Shown one piece after another: positions 17,749-26,668 of a stretch of DNA of 64,000 nt (the stretch's first letter is position 1; the number at the start of each line of letters is the position of its first letter). The translations under genes were made by a program, and so were the position numbers. The notes beneath the pieces are model-generated. The model saw only the letters and a list, made by a program, of their open reading frames with translations, did not search any database and was not told the DNA's origin. Source of the DNA: an uncultured Magnetococcales bacterium (GTDB lineage Bacteria > Pseudomonadota > Alphaproteobacteria > UBA2136 > JAPKEQ01); assembly GCA_964015495.1 (NCBI GenBank), contig CAXHDG010000011.1:650-64649 (forward strand). Direction: 5' to 3'.

Positions 17749-19563
17749 ACGCTCAGGTTCAATGTTGCTATGTTCAAATGTTACTCTAGGCCCTGCAATT
17801 TCTTGTAGTTCATGGCCTGCTTCTCGGTAAAAATTTCCAGCATTTCGGCTATGAAAACTTTCTTTATGAGCAGTGACTTGGCTAAAATCTACATTTTGAG
17901 CGCCATTGGCAAGTTGGGGATCTATAATATTAAGGCTGCCCCATTCTTCTGTTGCGCGCATAATGGCGTATGTATTGGCATAAAGAATACGATCTTCTGT
18001 ATCCATGTTTTGAAGGGTGTCATTTGTAACAACCTCCATACCCGTTGGTAAAGAGCCTTTATCTGAGGACGTCGCGCCGGCATCAAGATGTATTTTAATG
18101 TATTCGTTCATTTGGGTATGTGTGGCATCTGGCGCGGCTTCACGTAAATCATTTATGGAGCCAAGCGGAATGTTCAAGTTATGCTCAATAACGGCTTTTT
18201 CTCCATCATAATGGCGCTCAATGAGATCTAGCATCTGGGGTGATATTTCAGTGCCTTGCCCATGTATTAATTTTGCAAAATCTTTAGGGAGCTGCATATA
18301 TTCTTCAGGCGTAAGAGATGAATCCTCAATGGTCTCTTTTACAAACTCTGTAAACCTTTCTGGATCTGCTTGTAATTCTGCCTTTTGCTGTTCTGTAAGC
18401 CTACTGCCAACTTTAAGCATGGCACGAATACTTGGCCCCGTATCATGGTGGATAAAATAGCTTTTTGTGTTCTCATCGCCATCAATCCCAGAAAGAATAA
18501 TAGATTCAGTAACATCTATGGGCATGCCTCTTTCCACTTTGTTAGGCAAATTTTTACTTCTGAGTCTGCTTTCTAAACTGTTAAGGGCTGCGGCATCACG
18601 GTAATGTGAGGCGCGCTCCATGAGGTCAATACCATCTTGGTTATTTTCGATGGTGTATTCTAGTGTTGCGCAAGCATCTGCAAACTGCTCGGCCATATAC
18701 ATACTATAGTTGTGTTTAAGGGATATGCTTTCTCCTTCAGCTGTTTTGCCAGCATAAAAAACTTCTGGATTTGCATAATGGTCTCCGCTGAAATTATAAA
18801 CTGCGGGGTCAATCCCGTGGCAATTCTCATGGCGCATCACGTAGTCGTCCGTAAGCTCATTTTCAGCAGATTGCTGTGCTTCACTTATTGGTAAGGCAGG
18901 TGATATAAACTTGGCAATTCTTGTTTCTTTATCAAATTCTCCATAATGAGAGACAGCAACGAATTCTCCTTGGATATTACGCGGAGAAAGGTGAGAAAAG
19001 GCGTAATTCTCTTGAATTTTATTAACAAGATCTGCATGGGAGACAGATTGGCCATCAGATGTGCCTTTTTCTGCAATTTGCATAAATGAATCTCTATCTT
19101 GCGGATGCTGTTGAAGTGTTTGAAGCTCGTTTAAAAAGCGTTCAAGGTCAGCTTGAGAATGCTCAGAGAGGTTAACACCATCCCAGTTCAATACTGCGGC
19201 ATGGCTTTCTCTACCAAGGGTTTTTTCCATTCTTTCTTGTAATATTGCAGATTCTTCAGGTTGGTAAACCTCTTTCATAAGGTTGCTGGCGCTTAGTGTA
19301 AACGGCCTTGCCTTGGGGCGAATACTCGAAAGACTGTGTTGCTCCATTAAGTTATCAGGACGCATTTGGGGGCGCAGAGATGTTGTAACAGCCTGCATGC
19401 TAATGGGCTCTGGCTGTACAATTGTAGAGAGGCTTTCTGGCGCTTGTGCATTTTGTTCAGGCACCATATCTGGTGTAGACATGTTCATATGCATAGCAAA
19501 GGGAATAGCAGCAAGTGTGCCTCCCAAAGCAGAACCAGCAGCTAATTTATTTAATATAGTCAT
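17746..19563 (-). CDS. Large secreted hypothetical protein (605 aa) with an HExxH motif
   Basis: Signal-peptide-like N-terminus MTILNKLAAGSALGGTLAAIPFA. An N-terminal RP-rich segment (TTSLRPQMRPDNL, IRPKARP). HENCH at aa 245-249 (nt ~18815-18829). Confidence 0.5.
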   Translation of the reverse strand: MTILNKLAAGSALGGTLAAIPFAMHMNMSTPDMVPEQNAQAPESLSTIVQPEPISMQAVTTSLRPQMRPDNLMEQHSLSSIRPKARPFTLSASNLMKEVYQPEESAILQERMEKTLGRESHAAVLNWDGVNLSEHSQADLERFLNELQTLQQHPQDRDSFMQIAEKGTSDGQSVSHADLVNKIQENYAFSHLSPRNIQGEFVAVSHYGEFDKETRIAKFISPALPISEAQQSAENELTDDYVMRHENCHGIDPAVYNFSGDHYANPEVFYAGKTAEGESISLKHNYSMYMAEQFADACATLEYTIENNQDGIDLMERASHYRDAAALNSLESRLRSKNLPNKVERGMPIDVTESIILSGIDGDENTKSYFIHHDTGPSIRAMLKVGSRLTEQQKAELQADPERFTEFVKETIEDSSLTPEEYMQLPKDFAKLIHGQGTEISPQMLDLIERHYDGEKAVIEHNLNIPLGSINDLREAAPDATHTQMNEYIKIHLDAGATSSDKGSLPTGMEVVTNDTLQNMDTEDRILYANTYAIMRATEEWGSLNIIDPQLANGAQNVDFSQVTAHKESFHSRNAGNFYREAGHELQEIAGPRVTFEHSNIEPER

Positions 19564-19691
19564 TTAGTTTACAAATCCTCCCTAGAACCCATATATTTTT
19601 ATGGAAGAAGGGGCAAAGTACAGGTTTAAAAACCTGACAAAGCAAAAGCCCTCCCCAAAGGGGGAGAGCTTTTTTATTTCGATTGAAGGGG

Positions 19692-20126
19692 TTAGCCATC
19701 ATCTTTGGGGGAAATATACCAAAACTCAACGCGAATGAACCCATTCTCACGGTCGTGATATACCTCCTTAGTAATCCGCATAAGATTCGCTCTCTTTTCC
19801 TTACCTTCAAGGGTAAGGGAAAGCATAGCAGCGTCATGGAGACTCAAAGGGTAGGGCTTTGCCTCTTCTCTTGATTGAGCATAGTTGCAGCCGAGGCTTT
19901 TTATCATTGTCTCTGCGTAGTTGCCAGTGCGGAGGTTTCTGCTGCCAGTGCCAAGGTATGACTTTTCTTGATCATCGGTGACAGCTTTAAAAGCTTCATC
20001 GCTGGGGCAAATGATGATGCCTTGCATCATTTCTTGATATGTTGGTTTTTCAGCTTTGGGTGCTTTGTTTGAGGGGGGCGGTGGTGGGTAATCACCTTCT
20101 TCATAAATAGCCATAATGGCCTCCAA
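19692..20126 (-). CDS. Hypothetical protein, paralogue A1 (144 aa)
   Basis: Paralogous to 20152..20571. Shared GDY...YQE(M/L)M(Q/E)GI...C..N.AF.A.T..QE..Y.GT and C-terminal (F/L)WY(I/V)SPKD(D/E)G. Pro-rich PPPPPS insert. Confidence 0.5.
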   Translation of the reverse strand: MEAIMAIYEEGDYPPPPPSNKAPKAEKPTYQEMMQGIIICPSDEAFKAVTDDQEKSYLGTGSRNLRTGNYAETMIKSLGCNYAQSREEAKPYPLSLHDAAMLSLTLEGKEKRANLMRITKEVYHDRENGFIRVEFWYISPKDDG

Positions 20127-20151
20127 TGGTTAGGGGTGGGGGAAGAAAAAA

Positions 20152-20571
20152 TTAGCCTTCATCTTTGGGGGAAACATACCAAAGCTCAACAGAAATGGCA
20201 TCGGAAAGGCCGTTGCGCTCAATTATGTGCATAATGTTGGCATTTTTAGCTTTGGCGCGTTTGGCAAGTAGCAGCAAAATGACTTCACTTTTGGTCTCTG
20301 GCCCAAGGCACCTGTCTCTATCTTTAAAAGAATAGAACCGAGGGTAATTGATGCCAAGTTCCTCAAGCATGGCGCTTATACAGGCACCACCTCTGGAGGT
20401 GCTTTCTACGTCAGTGCCAATGTAAATCAGCTCTTGTCCGTTCGTAAGGGCCTCAAAGGCTCTGTTTGTATGGCAAACAGCAATGCCTTCCATCAGCTCT
20501 TCATAGGTTTGGCTTTCTGGTTCTGCATGAGGTGTTGTTGGTCCTACTGAGTAATCACCCATAAGTTCCAT
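20152..20571 (-). CDS. Hypothetical protein, paralogue A2 (139 aa)
   Basis: See A1. Both copies end with a conserved ...WY.SPKD.G* and share ~25 bp of 3' nucleotide identity. Confidence 0.5.
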   Translation of the reverse strand: MELMGDYSVGPTTPHAEPESQTYEELMEGIAVCHTNRAFEALTNGQELIYIGTDVESTSRGGACISAMLEELGINYPRFYSFKDRDRCLGPETKSEVILLLLAKRAKAKNANIMHIIERNGLSDAISVELWYVSPKDEG

Positions 20572-20690
20572 GACGTTGTCTCCTGTAAGAAGAAAAAGAA
20601 AATTAGATAAGAATTGATGGAACTGTATACGATTTTGCGTATCTATGTCAAAAGAAAAACACTCCTGCGGTAAGGCAGAAGTGTTTTTTT

Positions 20691-20918
20691 TCAGTGTCGA
20701 TTGGCGGTCATTTTAAGAACTTTACGTTCCCGCTTGGCGCAGCGAGTAAGGTCACGGTGGGTGCGGAGGGTTTTGCCCTTGTGGTTGGTTTTGTGTTTCC
20801 AGTTCCAAGCGCGTGCATCCATCCAGCCGCTGTATTCCAGTTCGCTGATGCTAAATTCAATGCCAACACCAGTGTGAGGGTTAACCTTGTACTGGTTTTG
20901 AGAGAATTGTGCGGACAT
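20691..20918 (-). CDS. Small basic hypothetical protein, paralogue B1 (~75 aa)
   Basis: MSAQFSQNQYKVNPHTGVGIE... Shares MS.Q.S.N..K.N..TG, W.(W/F)(K/R)..T..TLR..RD with B2. Start chosen at the MSAQ Met. Confidence 0.45.
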   Translation of the reverse strand: MSAQFSQNQYKVNPHTGVGIEFSISELEYSGWMDARAWNWKHKTNHKGKTLRTHRDLTRCAKRERKVLKMTANRH

Positions 20919-20993
20919 GTTGCATTTCCTTCTTCTGACCGTGCGTTGTTGCACGTAATCGGAAGGTCATGCGGCCGCGCAAAGTAAAGTGTT

Positions 20994-21215
20994 TCATGCG
21001 ATGCTTGCTCCACTTTTTTTGTGCAGCATGCGGCGAAAAGCGCCAGCTGCGTGTTTCGGGTCGCGCAGGCTGCGCAGGGTTGTTCCTTTGGTTGTCCGTC
21101 GGAAAGACCAGTTCTGATCACGTCGGGATTCGGTCTTAGCGTTGTAGCGGTTTTCGCCTGTAAAACCAGTGTCAGAATTGATTTTACGGTGGTTTGACGA
21201 ACGTTGTACGGACAT
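20994..21215 (-). CDS. Small basic hypothetical protein, paralogue B2 (73 aa)
   Basis: MSVQRSSNHRKINSDTGFTGE...NWSFRRTTKGTTLRSLRD. Paralogous to B1. Confidence 0.45.
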   Translation of the reverse strand: MSVQRSSNHRKINSDTGFTGENRYNAKTESRRDQNWSFRRTTKGTTLRSLRDPKHAAGAFRRMLHKKSGASIA

Positions 21216-21397
21216 GTAGTCCTCCCTAGAAAAGAGTCAAAAAACGGAACGCAAGAGATACTTACGTAAGGATATATATAAGAGCGGCTGTTTTACTTTG
21301 CAAGTCCTAGTGTTTTTTTGTAGGATTCTTTCTGCAATTTGCATCTTTTTTAAGAATGTATGCATGTTTGCATAACAAGAACAAAGGTGATATACCC

Positions 21398-21961
21398 ATG
21401 ACACATTTAAAGAAACTCATGCTAGCACTTGCTCTTTTGGCAGCGTCAGCATTCCAAACAGCGGAGGCAAAAGATTTGGACAACACTCTATACCTAGACC
21501 TTAAAGACGGTCGCGTAACAATTGAACTTTTCCCAGAAGTCGCGCCAACACACGTTGCGCGTATTAAAGAACTTACAAGCGAAGGCTTTTACGATGGGCT
21601 TAAATTCCACCGTGTAATTGAAGGCTTTATGGCTCAAACTGGTGACCCAGACGGTAACGGTACTGGCGGAAGCGGTACAAACCTAGATGCTGAGTTTAAC
21701 GACAAACCACATTTGCGTGGTACAGTGTCTATGGCCCGTGCGATGGATCCTAACAGCGCTGATAGCCAGTTCTTCATCTGCCTAGAAGCAGCACCACACC
21801 TAGATGGCCAGTACACTGTATGGGGCCAAGTGACTGATGGCATGGAACATGTAGATGGCATCAAAAAAGGCGACAACCGTGATAACGGATCTGTTGATGA
21901 GCCAGATACAATCATCAAGATGCAAATTGCAGCTGATGTGAAAGAAGAGAAAGCCTCTTAA
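21398..21961 (+). CDS. ppiA: Periplasmic peptidyl-prolyl cis-trans isomerase (cyclophilin type)
   Basis: Signal peptide MTHLKKLMLALALLAASAFQTAEA. Cyclophilin motifs FHRVIEGFMAQTGDP, GTVSMARA, SQFFI. Confidence 0.85.
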   Translation: MTHLKKLMLALALLAASAFQTAEAKDLDNTLYLDLKDGRVTIELFPEVAPTHVARIKELTSEGFYDGLKFHRVIEGFMAQTGDPDGNGTGGSGTNLDAEFNDKPHLRGTVSMARAMDPNSADSQFFICLEAAPHLDGQYTVWGQVTDGMEHVDGIKKGDNRDNGSVDEPDTIIKMQIAADVKEEKAS

Positions 21962-22332
21962 ATTCTACTCTACGCGACTGCAAATGTGCCCGTGGTACAG
22001 TGCTCGGCCTTATGTATGTTAAATACACTGCGACCTATGCGCTTCCCACAAACCCATTTTCGTTAGCGTAGAACGAATTGGTATCTTCATAAAAACCGCC
22101 TTCGGGCGGTTTTTTGTGCCCTTGAAATAGAAGGGCGCGATACCAATAATATACCTTAAGCATAGGATTCTATCCTGAATCCCTATCTACCCATGGCGGG
22201 TTGCTATAAAGGCAGGCCTCATGTGGTCATATTCCTTTTTAAGCCATGCAGGTTCTTTTTCTGCATGAGATAGCATTTCGTATGCTGAGACGCTGTAATG
22301 GTTCAGCGCACATTGACGATGGAGTCAATACA

Positions 22333-23100
22333 ATGAAAAATTCTAACATCAAACTTTCCGAATTCCCCAGTGGCTACGTTGCTGATGAAATTCTGGCTCA
22401 TGCCATTGTGGCACATTGGATGGTTTCCGTTTGGAGCACTGCACCTCGCATGGAGATGCGTGCGCACATTTGTGCAAAGCTGTCACGCTCAACAAAAAAT
22501 ATCTATGGTGATGAGCACATGAAGCTTGTTGAACAGGCTGTGCATTTGGAGGCTGATAACCCTGTTGCTCTGCTGGAGGAGGCAGTGGCCGACAATAGCC
22601 GGACACTTTGGTTCCACTATCTGCTGGCATTTGAGCTGGCACAGGTAAAGGGAATCAACAGCAGCTGGGTTGACATGGCTCGTGAAAAGGCCAAGGAACG
22701 CCTGACCGAACTGGATAGCTCTGGTCGTTTGCAACTGTTGTCTCTGCTGCATTATGATTGCGGCCTGACAAGCAATATGCGCTGGTCTGGTGGGCATGAA
22801 TCTCAGATGCGTGCCTCGCTGTTTGCGCTACTTGAGCATCTGGCCATTCGTTCCGACGAGGTGTGGGTATCCAGCCAAGATCTGGCGGTTCCGCATGGCT
22901 ATGGCGTTGTACTGACCACCTCCGAAGACTACGACACTAACAATATCGTGGTGGAGATCAATAACGTACCAGTACTTGTGATGGATGTGAATAAGGATTA
23001 TGTCCTTTGGAGCAAAGACGCAAGCTGGTCGCTGCTGGAGTATATCCAGCTGGAAGGCGGTGCAACCTGCGACAAGCCTGGACGCATCACCGTTCAGTAA
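22333..23100 (+). CDS. Hypothetical protein (255 aa), compositionally atypical
   Basis: RBS ggag. Visibly higher GC and CTG/CTGG-rich codon usage than the neighbouring genes. No motif recognised. Confidence 0.45.
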   Translation: MKNSNIKLSEFPSGYVADEILAHAIVAHWMVSVWSTAPRMEMRAHICAKLSRSTKNIYGDEHMKLVEQAVHLEADNPVALLEEAVADNSRTLWFHYLLAFELAQVKGINSSWVDMAREKAKERLTELDSSGRLQLLSLLHYDCGLTSNMRWSGGHESQMRASLFALLEHLAIRSDEVWVSSQDLAVPHGYGVVLTTSEDYDTNNIVVEINNVPVLVMDVNKDYVLWSKDASWSLLEYIQLEGGATCDKPGRITVQ

Positions 23101-23111
23101 ACACGAGAATA

Positions 23112-23142
23112 GCTAAGGCCCCCAAACGGGGGCCTTTTGCTT
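23112..23142. terminator. Bidirectional terminator
   Basis: aaggccccc-aaac-gggggcctttt. Confidence 0.65.
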
Positions 23143-23144
23143 TG

Positions 23145-23552
23145 TTATTTACTGAGTTCTATGCACGTTTCCATAGGGGTTTTTTCAATCTCGCTCAGCC
23201 AGTTACCAAACATAAAGTTACCATCACCAGATATATTGGTTTTAGCTTTAATACAGGTTTCTGCTTTAGGGGCTTTAAGGGCGTTCATCATACCGCCATG
23301 CATTTGGTATATATGCTCAGCGCCTACCATGTTGCCGCATTCATCCTTTTCTGCATGAGCTGTTTGTTTAACACGCACAGTCACATCCAAATATTTATTT
23401 GTCAGCCCTTCAGAGAGGCCTCTGCCAGGCTCGTTACGTTTTTCAATGCTTAGCACCTTACCTGTAATATCGCAGGTTGGCTGATCTGGTGCTTTTGAGG
23501 CATGAGCACTTAGTGAGAGCAGAGTAAAGGTTATAGCAATAACAGTTTTCAT
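23145..23552 (-). CDS. Secreted hypothetical protein (135 aa)
   Basis: Signal peptide MKTVIAITFTLLSLSAHA. Confidence 0.45.
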   Translation of the reverse strand: MKTVIAITFTLLSLSAHASKAPDQPTCDITGKVLSIEKRNEPGRGLSEGLTNKYLDVTVRVKQTAHAEKDECGNMVGAEHIYQMHGGMMNALKAPKAETCIKAKTNISGDGNFMFGNWLSEIEKTPMETCIELSK

Positions 23553-23561
23553 GGTTTTTGC

Positions 23562-24977
23562 TTATGCTCCATGTCCGAGGCGTTTGAGGCTTTCCTCTTT
23601 ACCGAGAGCGCTGAGTATTGCACCGACGCTAGGCGCTTGGGTTGTGCCTGTAAGGGCAACGCGCACAGGCATGCCCACAGCTGGGAACTTTGCACCAGAT
23701 TCTTTTATGTATGTTTTAACTACGCCATCAAGTGAGGCCTCTGACCAGTCATCCTGCATATCAAGTGCATCTGCAAGGCCGTTTACGTGCTCCATTCCTG
23801 CACCAAGCACTTCTTCTGCTTTTGCGTCTGCAAGGCCGGGTCTGCCATCAAATAGGCAAAATTGCGCTACGTCTACAAAGTCTGTAAGGCGGCGAGCGCG
23901 GGGCTTAAGGGCATCCATGAGCTTGCTTACACGCTCTGCCGCAGCTTCTGACATAGGTGTACCGTCAAGCTCAAAGAATGGTTTAACAGTTTTGAATAAG
24001 TCGTTGTTATTCATTTGTTTGATGTACTCACCATTGAGCCAGTCAAGCTTGTCAAAATCAAAGATAGAAGCGCCTTTGTTTACGTCTGTGAGTTCAAATG
24101 CTTCTACGGCTTCATCAAAGGAAATCACTTCCTTGTCACCCATGCCCCAGCCAAGGCGCATAAGGTAATTGTTAAGTGATGTTGGCAAGTAGCCCATATC
24201 TTTGTAGTGCATCACGTCAACAGAACCTGTACGTTTAGAGAGTTTTTTGCCGTCCTTGCCGTGGATAAGAGGGAGGTGCGCAAAAGTAGGAACATCTTGC
24301 CCTAGCGCTTCATAAATATGAATTTGCTTTGGCGTATTGTTAATGTGGTCATCGCCGCGAATCACATGAGTAATCTCCATTTCAGCGTCATCAACAACCA
24401 CGGCAAGGTTATACGTTGGTGTGCCATCGCTCCGCAAAAGAACAAAGTCATCAAGCTGAGTGTTTGCAATTTCAATGCGGCCCTGTACGGCATCTTCCCA
24501 CACTGTACTGCCATCTTGTGGCAGTTTGATGCGGATAACACATGCTTTTCCTTCAGCTTCAAAAGCATCAATTTGATCTTGTGTTAGATCTCTATGACGG
24601 CCGTCATACTTTGGCATTTCCCCGCGCTCTTCGGCTGCTTTACGCATAGCATCTAGCTCTTCTGGCGCTACAAAGCATTTGTAAGCCGTGCCGTTTTTTA
24701 GCATTTTATGCGCTGCTTCTGTGTGCTTTTCCACAAGAGATGTTTGGAAGACATACTGGCCGTTGTCTGGCCCAAGGTTTAACCAGCTTAGCCCGTCTTT
24801 AATCGCATCTACAGCAGCTTGCGTGCTGCGTTCGCGGTCGGTGTCTTCAATACGAACCACGTATTCTCCGCCTGTATGCTTTGCGTAAAGCTTACTAAAT
24901 AGGGCTGTGCGCGCGCCGCCAATGTGCAGCATGCCTGTTGGAGAGGGTGCAAAACGTGTTTTTACTGGTTTTGTCAT
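23562..24977 (-). CDS. gltX: Glutamate--tRNA ligase
   Basis: PSPTGMLHIGGARTALF (HIGH motif), KLSKR (KMSKS-type motif). 471 aa. Confidence 0.9.
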   Translation of the reverse strand: MTKPVKTRFAPSPTGMLHIGGARTALFSKLYAKHTGGEYVVRIEDTDRERSTQAAVDAIKDGLSWLNLGPDNGQYVFQTSLVEKHTEAAHKMLKNGTAYKCFVAPEELDAMRKAAEERGEMPKYDGRHRDLTQDQIDAFEAEGKACVIRIKLPQDGSTVWEDAVQGRIEIANTQLDDFVLLRSDGTPTYNLAVVVDDAEMEITHVIRGDDHINNTPKQIHIYEALGQDVPTFAHLPLIHGKDGKKLSKRTGSVDVMHYKDMGYLPTSLNNYLMRLGWGMGDKEVISFDEAVEAFELTDVNKGASIFDFDKLDWLNGEYIKQMNNNDLFKTVKPFFELDGTPMSEAAAERVSKLMDALKPRARRLTDFVDVAQFCLFDGRPGLADAKAEEVLGAGMEHVNGLADALDMQDDWSEASLDGVVKTYIKESGAKFPAVGMPVRVALTGTTQAPSVGAILSALGKEESLKRLGHGA

Positions 24978-25069
24978 TGAAGAATCACCTTATATTAAAT
25001 TATCTACAAAGGTTTTATACATGACTTTATGGAAGCATTACAGATTAAAATCATGTATTTTGATCTGTA

Positions 25070-26656
25070 ATGCTGAGCATATTCAAAATTCTACAAGTCA
25101 CAAAAACGCCGCTTATGTGCGCGGTGCTTCTGCTTGTGGGTGCATCTGCTGCAATGCAAATTGAAGGAATAGTTACATACAGGCTTCCGCTTGGCGCACT
25201 GCTTATATCCTTGGGGTTATTAATGCGCTTTTGGAGACAAGAGGCACTTTATGCCGTAGCCTTTACATTTGCGCTTACCAGCACGTTGTTTCATCTAAGC
25301 TTTAAAGAGATGCCACCAGAAAGCATCAGTTACAGGTCTCTATGGGCGCATGGGATTGTAAAAAGCATTTCTGAAAGGTCTAATGGCCGATATAATGTGT
25401 GGCTAGAAAAACCCCGTTTGTTTACGCATGAGGGCGCTATTGACGTGCCTTCAGCTCGTTTAAGTGTTGCAGCGTCTCAAATATCAGATTTAAAAGTAGG
25501 AGAGGGTGCAAGCATACAAGGAAAAGCTTTTGCACCAGAGCCTATGGCAGAAGGCGATACCTTTGATGCCATATCTTATGCGCGTTTTTATGGGCCATCT
25601 GTAAGGGGGTATGGGCAAGGGCTTATCGCATCTTCAGCACTTTTAGAAAGCGCACCAGCAAAAGACATGAGCATTATAAAGCGCACCTACTGGAAAATTA
25701 GGCAGGGGTATTATAACCTTGTGATTGCGCGTACTTCAGGTGAGGGCGGCGCTTTACTGACTGCACTGATGACAGGCCACAGAGGTGGCGTATCTTATGA
25801 AACTAAGAGTGAATTCAGAAAGGCGGGACTGTCTCATCTGCTTGCTATATCAGGGCTTCATCTTGCGCTGGTTACTGGCCTTGCTTACTTTGGGCTTAGA
25901 CGCATGATTGGTTGCAACCCTAAAATTATAGACCGTATAAACACGCAAAAATGGGCAGCTGTGCCAGCGCTTATGCTCTGTGTGAGTTATATGCTAATGG
26001 CGGGCGCAAGCCTGCCAACGGTAAGAGCTAGCGTGGTGCTTGGACTTTTACTTATTGCGATTATGATAGACCATAATGCAAATCCGCTTCGCCTTTTATG
26101 TGTTGCTGTGTGGGTTGTTGTGGCGCTGTGGCCTTATAGCGTTGTGGGGCCGTCTTTCCAAATGAGCTTTGTTGCGGCTTTTGCGCTGATGCTATTCTCT
26201 CGCGTTGGTTATAAAGAACACTACCACTGGAGCATGGGCTGGTGGCACGCGCCATTTGGTTACATGAAAGGCGTATTTGCGGGAAGCCTAATTGCCACCC
26301 TTGCCACCATGCCTTTTGTTGCGTGGCACTTTGGTACGGTAAGCCTGCTTGGCCTGTTTGCAAACCTTGTTGCGGTTCCGCTTACGGGGCTTATTATTCT
26401 ACCTATGGCACTGCTGGCTGTTGTGCTGATGCCAACTGGGCTTGATGCCCCGTTTTGGTATGTATCTCAGTGGGGAGCTGAGCTGCTGGTTCACTGGGCA
26501 AAATGGATTGATACAATACCCTTTGGTGTGTTTGATATAAGCCATGAAAATGTGATCTATCTTGTTGGAGCTTTGCTGCTTGGCTTTGCTCTATGGTGCT
26601 TTAAATCAATACTCGCAAAACGCAGGCACTTGCGCTACAGTGCCCCTCATCAATAA
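25070..26656 (+). CDS. ComEC/Rec2-family membrane protein; competence domain present, no metallo-beta-lactamase domain
   Basis: Polytopic membrane protein with LAISGLHLALVTG and the surrounding ComEC competence-domain pattern. Confidence 0.6.
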   Translation: MLSIFKILQVTKTPLMCAVLLLVGASAAMQIEGIVTYRLPLGALLISLGLLMRFWRQEALYAVAFTFALTSTLFHLSFKEMPPESISYRSLWAHGIVKSISERSNGRYNVWLEKPRLFTHEGAIDVPSARLSVAASQISDLKVGEGASIQGKAFAPEPMAEGDTFDAISYARFYGPSVRGYGQGLIASSALLESAPAKDMSIIKRTYWKIRQGYYNLVIARTSGEGGALLTALMTGHRGGVSYETKSEFRKAGLSHLLAISGLHLALVTGLAYFGLRRMIGCNPKIIDRINTQKWAAVPALMLCVSYMLMAGASLPTVRASVVLGLLLIAIMIDHNANPLRLLCVAVWVVVALWPYSVVGPSFQMSFVAAFALMLFSRVGYKEHYHWSMGWWHAPFGYMKGVFAGSLIATLATMPFVAWHFGTVSLLGLFANLVAVPLTGLIILPMALLAVVLMPTGLDAPFWYVSQWGAELLVHWAKWIDTIPFGVFDISHENVIYLVGALLLGFALWCFKSILAKRRHLRYSAPHQ

Positions 26657-26668
26657 AGGATTAAAAAA

